From assembly GCA_045627145.1 (NCBI GenBank), contig JAZQND010000121.1, positions 24,507 through 88,506 of the forward strand: a DNA stretch of 64,000 nucleotides. Direction: 5' to 3'. The notes below the pieces were generated by a model. It saw only the letters and a program-made list of their open reading frames with translations, was not told the origin of the DNA and did not search any database. Position 1 is the stretch's first letter; every line of letters starts with the position of its first letter. Both the position numbers and the translations under genes were made by a program. Positions 57,842 to 64,000 of the stretch are shown here, in pieces. Source of the DNA: Ruminococcus sp. (GTDB taxonomy: Bacteria > Bacillota > Clostridia > Oscillospirales > Ruminococcaceae).

Positions 57842-57957
57842 CTCATTGAAAATGTATTTTCAACGGCACGAGTTTTACCCATGCCGTTGTTTCTCAAACT
57901 TTAAACGACTTGTGTTTAGTTTCTTCATAAAACTGTTCCATCGTCATATCGTTCACC

Positions 57958-59039
57958 TCACACATAATCTCCAACAGACCATCCGCTCAAGATTCCACAC
58001 TTAATAAGCTTCTCCATCTCTTTATCAACACCGAGCTTAATCTCCTTTGCAAAATCAAAACTGGGGTCATACTCAAGAAAAGCTTGGTAATCGTAAGGTT
58101 GACCGAAATCTTCATCCAAGACATCAATCCACCAGTCACCATCTGGACAAATTCTGACATTGAATGTGATGTCTTCAGTGATGTACCTCTCCTTATACCA
58201 CCCACCATCATTTGTCTTTCTGAATCCAGCCCTAATCATGTCATCTTTTGACAGGACATGAATCTTGATATTAGCATTGTTTCCGTGTTTAGTAACATTT
58301 ACTGCGCTCATACTCTCACCTCAATCACAATAACTGTACCCGCAGAACGGACAAGAAGTAATCAGCGTCTTGCCAGCAAGCTCAACAGAGTATCCATAAC
58401 GGTATTCATCTCCACATACTCTGTACGCACCAAATGTGTCTTTCCCGCAGTGTGGACAATTCTTGTTAGCAAAGAGCGGTAATCCGTTTTCATCGCAATA
58501 CTTTTTCTGTGCTTCATAAGCGTCAACACTGTCATAACGCATACCGTTCATCTCAGTCATCATCCTGTTCCCCCGTCAAATTCATGTATGATTGTTGGCG
58601 TTGCTTCAGCCCCTCGTGGTAAACAAATTCGTCAATCATTTCAATATCCGAATTGACATCCTCATCCAAATGATTCCTGCAACCATCCGCAGTATCATCG
58701 CACATACCGAAATAGTAACAATCCTTACAACTGACTCTGCCCATTACTGCAACCGTCCCTTCTTTGCTTGCTCGCCATCAAAGCACGTTCTTTTCGCTTC
58801 TGCCGTTCTTCATCAGAGATATTCAACTGTTTCGGGGGAGAAATTTTAAACCACTCCCTCGGTATCTTCACATATAGGCATCCATCGTTTTCATCCGGTT
58901 CTCCGATTACTTCAACATCATTCGGATACTTTTCCATCAATGTTTTCATGCGCTTAATCCATTTGCGTTCGCTTGACGAAAAATAGGCAACCTTGCTATC
59001 CCCTTGGTAACTGCATCCTGTTTCAATAGTTTCTGTCAT
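57958..59039 (-). CDS. Four small hypothetical genes (57958-58311, 58321-58563, 58553-58744, 58725-59039)
   Basis: Tightly coupled ORFs, two Cys-rich. Confidence 0.6.
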
Positions 59040-59048
59040 ATTTTCCTC

Positions 59049-59753
59049 CTAAAACGGTAGTGGATACTCCACTGTATCTTCATCTGCTTTGATATCCCAA
59101 TGAACTGTTTCCTTTTCACTGCTCAGTCTGAACCTCACCTCCATAATGCTTATCTGCCTTCCCATCTCAACACCTTTAGCCTCACCAAAGCTTTTTACAA
59201 GTGTCACATATTCATATGGTGTTAACCCCTCTAAATACTGCCAATGTTTTTCTTCTTGCTTACTAAGAACAGGCTCATCTACTATCCTTATCCTCGGATA
59301 AGCATCTTTTATTTTTGTACGGTAGTACAATTTATTGTCACGTGCCTCAGCCGTATACTCACGCACAGGGGAGAAGTAATCAGATGCTCTGTCTTTATCG
59401 TATATGAGCTTTTCGGGAAGGCCAGCAAATACTCTAATTCTATTCCAATCAACAACTATCATATTGCTGAACTCATCGCCGTATCCGATTATTCCCCTTT
59501 CTGTAAGCTCAGACCGAACATAGGATATGTTTCTGTATTTGATTCCAGTTTTTGTCTCTATGTATGATGTAGACGGTCTGAAACCACTTTTGCATGATGC
59601 GTAGAACCTCAGAAGAACAACCGCTCTTTTGCTTAACCCGATGTTGAGACAGGCATCTTTAAGCATCTGATTTGTTTTCTCGGGTTTATCCCTATGTATG
59701 ATTATCGGAGGTTTCTTGCCGCTCGAAGCGTTGCCGCTCAACAGTATCACCAT
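59049..59753 (-). CDS. Hypothetical protein, possible winged-helix DNA-binding domain
   Basis: FRPSTSYIETKTGI..ELTERGII pattern. Confidence 0.5.
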   Translation of the reverse strand: MVILLSGNASSGKKPPIIIHRDKPEKTNQMLKDACLNIGLSKRAVVLLRFYASCKSGFRPSTSYIETKTGIKYRNISYVRSELTERGIIGYGDEFSNMIVVDWNRIRVFAGLPEKLIYDKDRASDYFSPVREYTAEARDNKLYYRTKIKDAYPRIRIVDEPVLSKQEEKHWQYLEGLTPYEYVTLVKSFGEAKGVEMGRQISIMEVRFRLSSEKETVHWDIKADEDTVEYPLPF

Positions 59754-59804
59754 CCGTTGTGATAATATTTTATGTATTAATTACCAACGATAGCAAATTA
59801 ATAT

Positions 59805-60179
59805 TCATTCTTTTTTCTCGCCCTTTATACATCCGTTCTCGTGGTCAACGATAATGACATCTTCATAACCATCATTGTAGTATGCGCTCCGCTTTGTGCA
59901 ATACCACGTGTCATTTTCATCGCCATTCATCGTAACATCCTCGAACTTTGCACAATACTTACATTCTCTGCATCTCACAGCATCTGTCCTTATTGCTGAA
60001 TTAACACGCATATTCCACGAGATAACAGCATCTATGACTGTATCGTATGACTTGCACACGGGCTGTGCATCACATGACGGGTTGCTACACATAATACGGT
60101 ATTTGCCATAATCGTCAATATCAACAACAGGCAAATCATCACCGCAGTACGGACAAGGCTTATAATCCGGAATCATCAT
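59805..60179 (-). CDS. Lar-like zinc-finger protein
   Basis: KPCPYCG...AVISWN motif. Confidence 0.6.
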   Translation of the reverse strand: MMIPDYKPCPYCGDDLPVVDIDDYGKYRIMCSNPSCDAQPVCKSYDTVIDAVISWNMRVNSAIRTDAVRCRECKYCAKFEDVTMNGDENDTWYCTKRSAYYNDGYEDVIIVDHENGCIKGEKKE

Positions 60180-60186
60180 TCATAAC

Positions 60187-63100
60187 TCACCTCACAAATA
60201 TTATCAACCCAATAGTTTCAGCAACGCTCACTAAACAGGCAAGAATTGCAGGAATTACCCCCACTTCAGACCACCGTATTGCCATATAAACGAACAACGC
60301 AATCTCAGCAAGCATAGCTATTCTGTAAATAATCTTAAGCATTTTTACTGACAACACCGCCCTCCTTAATCCATCAATTGTGCATAGCAATTATCGCAAT
60401 TGATTTGTGCGATACATCTCCCACCTTCCTCATACTTACAGCCCGTGTTATAACAGATTGTGCTACCTTTGTCGTTAAACACGCACCCATCACAATACTG
60501 CGGGTCTTTTGATTCATAACCGTTGCAAGTCTTACACGGATGAGTTCTGTTTCCCATTCTGACACCCACAATCATGCACCCCTATTCCTTTGTTTTTCCA
60601 TATGAGCAATAGTCATCCATTGAACACTGTGCTTGGTGCATATCACACCAAATAAAATTTCCCCTTCTCATACAATATCTGCAATCTCTACATCGTGTCA
60701 TCACACCACTTTTTTTATTTGATATACCGTCCTCTATGGCTTTTGTAGATATGTTGTCAAGCATAATCTTCATTTCAATAAATGTTAGCAAAACGCCACT
60801 CCAATATTTTCTGTCTTCATCCGTCTTTGCTTCGGACATCAGTAGCTCACATTCTTGTTGTCTCCTTCGCAACTTTGTGCATAACTCATCAGCGTCTATC
60901 AACCTCATCCTGTTCACCTTCATTTTCGTTCACCGTCAGAGCAATATTCGTATGAAAACTTTGGGATACCGACTCCAAACGTATCAACATCTTTCATGCA
61001 CGACATTCCTACGCCACTGTCGTATTTCCAATGTTTACACTTTGCACATCGTACAACTTCAACAGCATCAACGGTCTGAATCTTTTCGATTTCTGCATGG
61101 ATTCCATCAGTGATTCTTTTCACGGTGTCAAGGTTGTAGCCAGTATCATCAAAAGAATCAACTACATGGATTACAGAGTCCATATTAATCAGCCTTTGTC
61201 GAGCCATCAGAATCACCTTCTTCGATTGTTTTCCATGCACAGGGAAACAGACTTCTCAGTCTACAAATAATACGATTGTCAGATAGCGGACAATCAACAC
61301 ACGAACGATGTTTATTACATTCATCCCGAAGTGTTTCAATGGCTCTGTTCAGTTCATCAATAGTTGTCGTTGAGCTTTCCATCAGAGTCACCACCCTTCT
61401 CGTCCATGTGCGCACCGCATGACGGGCAAAATCTTCCATTTACGGTGTATTCTCCGCTTCCACCAAGGTACTCTCCACAACGTGAACAGTTGCAAGCCGA
61501 CAAAACTTTGCCATTTGTATCCAGACTAATGTGTTCTCCGCATAAGCCAACCCAATGCCCGTGTACAACAGGCACTGCATCAATCGCAGACGAAATACAC
61601 TCTTTGTAAAGTCCACAATGGTCACGATTCCAAGGCGAACATCCTTCTTTTGGACAATTGAAACAAGGGTATTTGTCATCATCAATCAGCAATACCATCT
61701 GTCTGACCTCCCTTCCGTTCGCCGTCAGAACAATGATAATTCTCGCCACATGGCATATGATGTTTGTAACACCATATACAGGACGATTCTGCTATACCGT
61801 TTTTGCAGTCTTTGCACTTTACTTCTTTTTCCTGTCCACCGTCCTTCAACCCTTCATAAAATTCACAACGTTCGCACTGTTCAGTTGGCTCATCATTCCA
61901 TTCTGATTTCTGATATCCAAGGCACTTGCCGTTATGCTTTTCTGCGTGTTCACACTTTTCACCATCCTGCTCACCATTCATCTTCAAAAACTTCTCACGG
62001 CATGATTTGCAAACAGGATTGATACTCGTTTCTTTTGTCTCAATACAAATTACTCTGACAAAGTAATTCGATTGCTCTGATAAAGGCTTTTCGCTCATGC
62101 ACCCATAGCATTTGAAAGTCTTTTCATTCATCCTGCTCACCGCCCTTCCATTTTCTAATTGCTTCATTTACGGTGATTCCGTTTTTCAAAGCAATTGCCT
62201 TAATCTCGTCGAATACTTCTTGGAAACTCATCATTGATTCTGTGGATATTTGATATATATTACTAAAATTGATATCAAGCATTTTTTCAGCACAATCATT
62301 GTTGTGTAACTTATCCAGCTCAAAGAGCGTTTCTTTAAGTTCTTCTATTCTTTTCAATCTCATCCTGCTCTCCTTCATTCTCATCCATGTGCGCTCCACA
62401 ATTCTCGCAGTATTTCGGCTTAAAAGAATAGGGTTCGTAACCACAAACAGAACACACCGTTTTCGTATCCCACTCAAAAGTCCAACCAGTTTCTTCGTCC
62501 ACTTCATTCCCATATGGTGCATCCGGTGGGTCGAAGTTTTTATACGGTACGTTTTTCAAAAATCCATGCACAACAGGTACGGCATCAACAGACTCAACAC
62601 CTTTTAGAACATTCAGAACATCCTCAAGGTCAAAATCAAAACCGTCCAAGCATCCATACAAATCCTCAACGAATCTACTTTCACTTATCAGTCTGTCTTT
62701 CATCCTGTTCACCTTCATTCTCGTACATCTTTGCTCCACATGCAGAGCAATACCGTGTTTGGTATCCACACGCTCCACAATTTGAACAAGAATATTTTCT
62801 GTACTCCCAATGGTCTTGTGGATTTCGGCAATCCCAATGCCCATGAACAACAGGCACGGCATCAACGGTAGGACATTCATCAATCACACGGTCTGTTTGG
62901 CTATAATCAATATACGGAATAAATTTCAACGCATATTTTGCGTAATCCGCTTCAATCAGCCTTTGTTCAGCCATTGGATTCACCGTCCTTCATCGCTTCC
63001 AGTTTTTCTTTTTCAAGATTTTCGGCTTCTTTTTTGTATCGCATTTCTTCTTGCTTATCGAGATGTCTCATCCATTTCTGTCCAAACTTTTCAGCCAATG

Positions 63101-63992
63101 TAATTCTCATCTTGCTCACCTTCATTTTCGTCCATCTTTGAACCACATAAGTAGCAGTACGGTGTTTCAAAGTAAAATAATGCTTTACATACAGAACATT
63201 CATTTTTCCATGCAGTATCATCATCCCGATGCTTCCAATGCCCGTGGACAACCGGAACAACATCAATTGCAGGCTGTCTTCGTACCATTTCCGAATAGCG
63301 TTCAAACTGCATCGTATCGGCCGATTTGTTTTCATCGCTTTCCATTTCCAGCAACAATCTTTTTCTGTCAATCATGTCAAACATAGAGTCGCCATCCTTT
63401 AATTTTGTTCACACCACGTCAAATGGAGTAAAGTCAGAATCAACGTCAATTGATAAAATGCCCCAATTGTCTTTGTTTTTAGTCACAAGATTTAATAGAT
63501 TTTCATCGTAAATATACGTTTCAACCCAAATAGTCCCTCCGGACATAGAACCTCTTTGAAGTTCCATTCTCCACCAATGGAACTCACCCCATTTTTCAAC
63601 AAAGCCTTTTATTAACGAGTAAGACGGGTCTCTATATTTCCACTTAATAACAATTCTTTTTCCTTCTTTTGACTCAATATAATATCCATCCCTATGCTTT
63701 ACCATCATCAGAATCCACGTCCTTCCTTGAAAACAATAACAGGGATGCCGTTCTTCGGATGAAAATCGCAAAGCCAATATCCGTTTACACGTTCGCCATC
63801 TTCATTCGTTCCAAATCCGTAATACACATATCCGTATTCATGCGTTCTGATGGGATTTTCAAGCTCTGTTTTTGCTATTGCTTCTGCCTGTTTTTCTGAG
63901 TAATTATTTGCATTGAAAGCAAGCCATTCATCATCGTAATCCCAAACGAATTTGGAATAGTCAAACTTGCTCGCCATCTGAATCACCACCAA
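60187..63992 (-). CDS. Cluster of about 14 small coupled hypothetical genes with shared modules
   Basis: Recurring RLIDAD, DAVPVVHGHW, VRCxxCxY and YCxxCGAxMDE modules. Confidence 0.65.
60905..63135 (-). repeat. Gene-junction repeat GAAGGTGAACAGGATGA
   Basis: Copies or variants at 60905, 61963, 62128, 62360, 62700, 63107; weaker copy at 58560. Confidence 0.75.
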
Positions 63993-64000
63993 TATCCTGT

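Larger units (their letters stand above)
1596..57863. repeat. Dispersed 18-bp quasi-palindrome TTGAAAATGTATTTTCAA (either orientation)
   Basis: Exact copies start at 1596, 4120, 7727, 12926, 14545, 16924, 25941, 28822, 32008, 38414, 39636, 46322, 49646, 52672, 57846; variant at 44475. Confidence 0.95.
1..64000. mobile_element. Large temperate SPbeta-like siphophage genome segment, apparently non-integrated (attP) form
   Basis: YonO-like RNAP, terminase, portal, capsid, tail and tape measure genes, integrase with att core flanked by phage genes on both sides; no host housekeeping cluster. Confidence 0.9.

Noticed and set aside
1596-57863. 18-bp repeat as a CRISPR array or Fur/CcpA box
   Set aside because: Copies are kilobases apart with no spacers. 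The 8-2-8 symmetry does not fit the Fur 7-1-7 or the 14-bp cre consensus.

Overview
The whole window is part of a large temperate phage of Bacillota (probably Clostridia), with SPbeta-like architecture. 1-14.2 kb (+ strand) holds replication and nucleotide-metabolism genes: a DnaE C-terminal part, radical SAM, ThyX, NrdH, an NrdD interrupted by a group I intron with an HNH endonuclease, NrdG, an FTR-like protein, RNA ligase, dUTPase and an adenine MTase. It ends in a tyrosine integrase and an intact attP containing the 3' half of tRNA-Val(GAC). 14.6-57.9 kb (- strand) is the late region: YonO-like RNA polymerase, terminase, portal, capsid, tail, lysis and a 2796-aa tape measure protein. 58-64 kb is a cluster of small, repetitive hypothetical genes. 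Main observations: (1) an 18-bp quasi-palindrome TTGAAAAT(GT/AC)ATTTTCAA in 15 exact copies plus 1 variant, almost all at gene boundaries and one inside the intron; (2) a probable recombinase-driven invertible tail-fibre tip cassette; (3) a ~600-nt structured non-coding region in the lysis module; (4) a head-tail joining protein fused to a circularly permuted Ntn (choloylglycine-hydrolase-like) domain; (5) a 48-nt tRNA-Ala-like minihelix. All calls come from reading motifs by eye; no database searches or folding programs were run.
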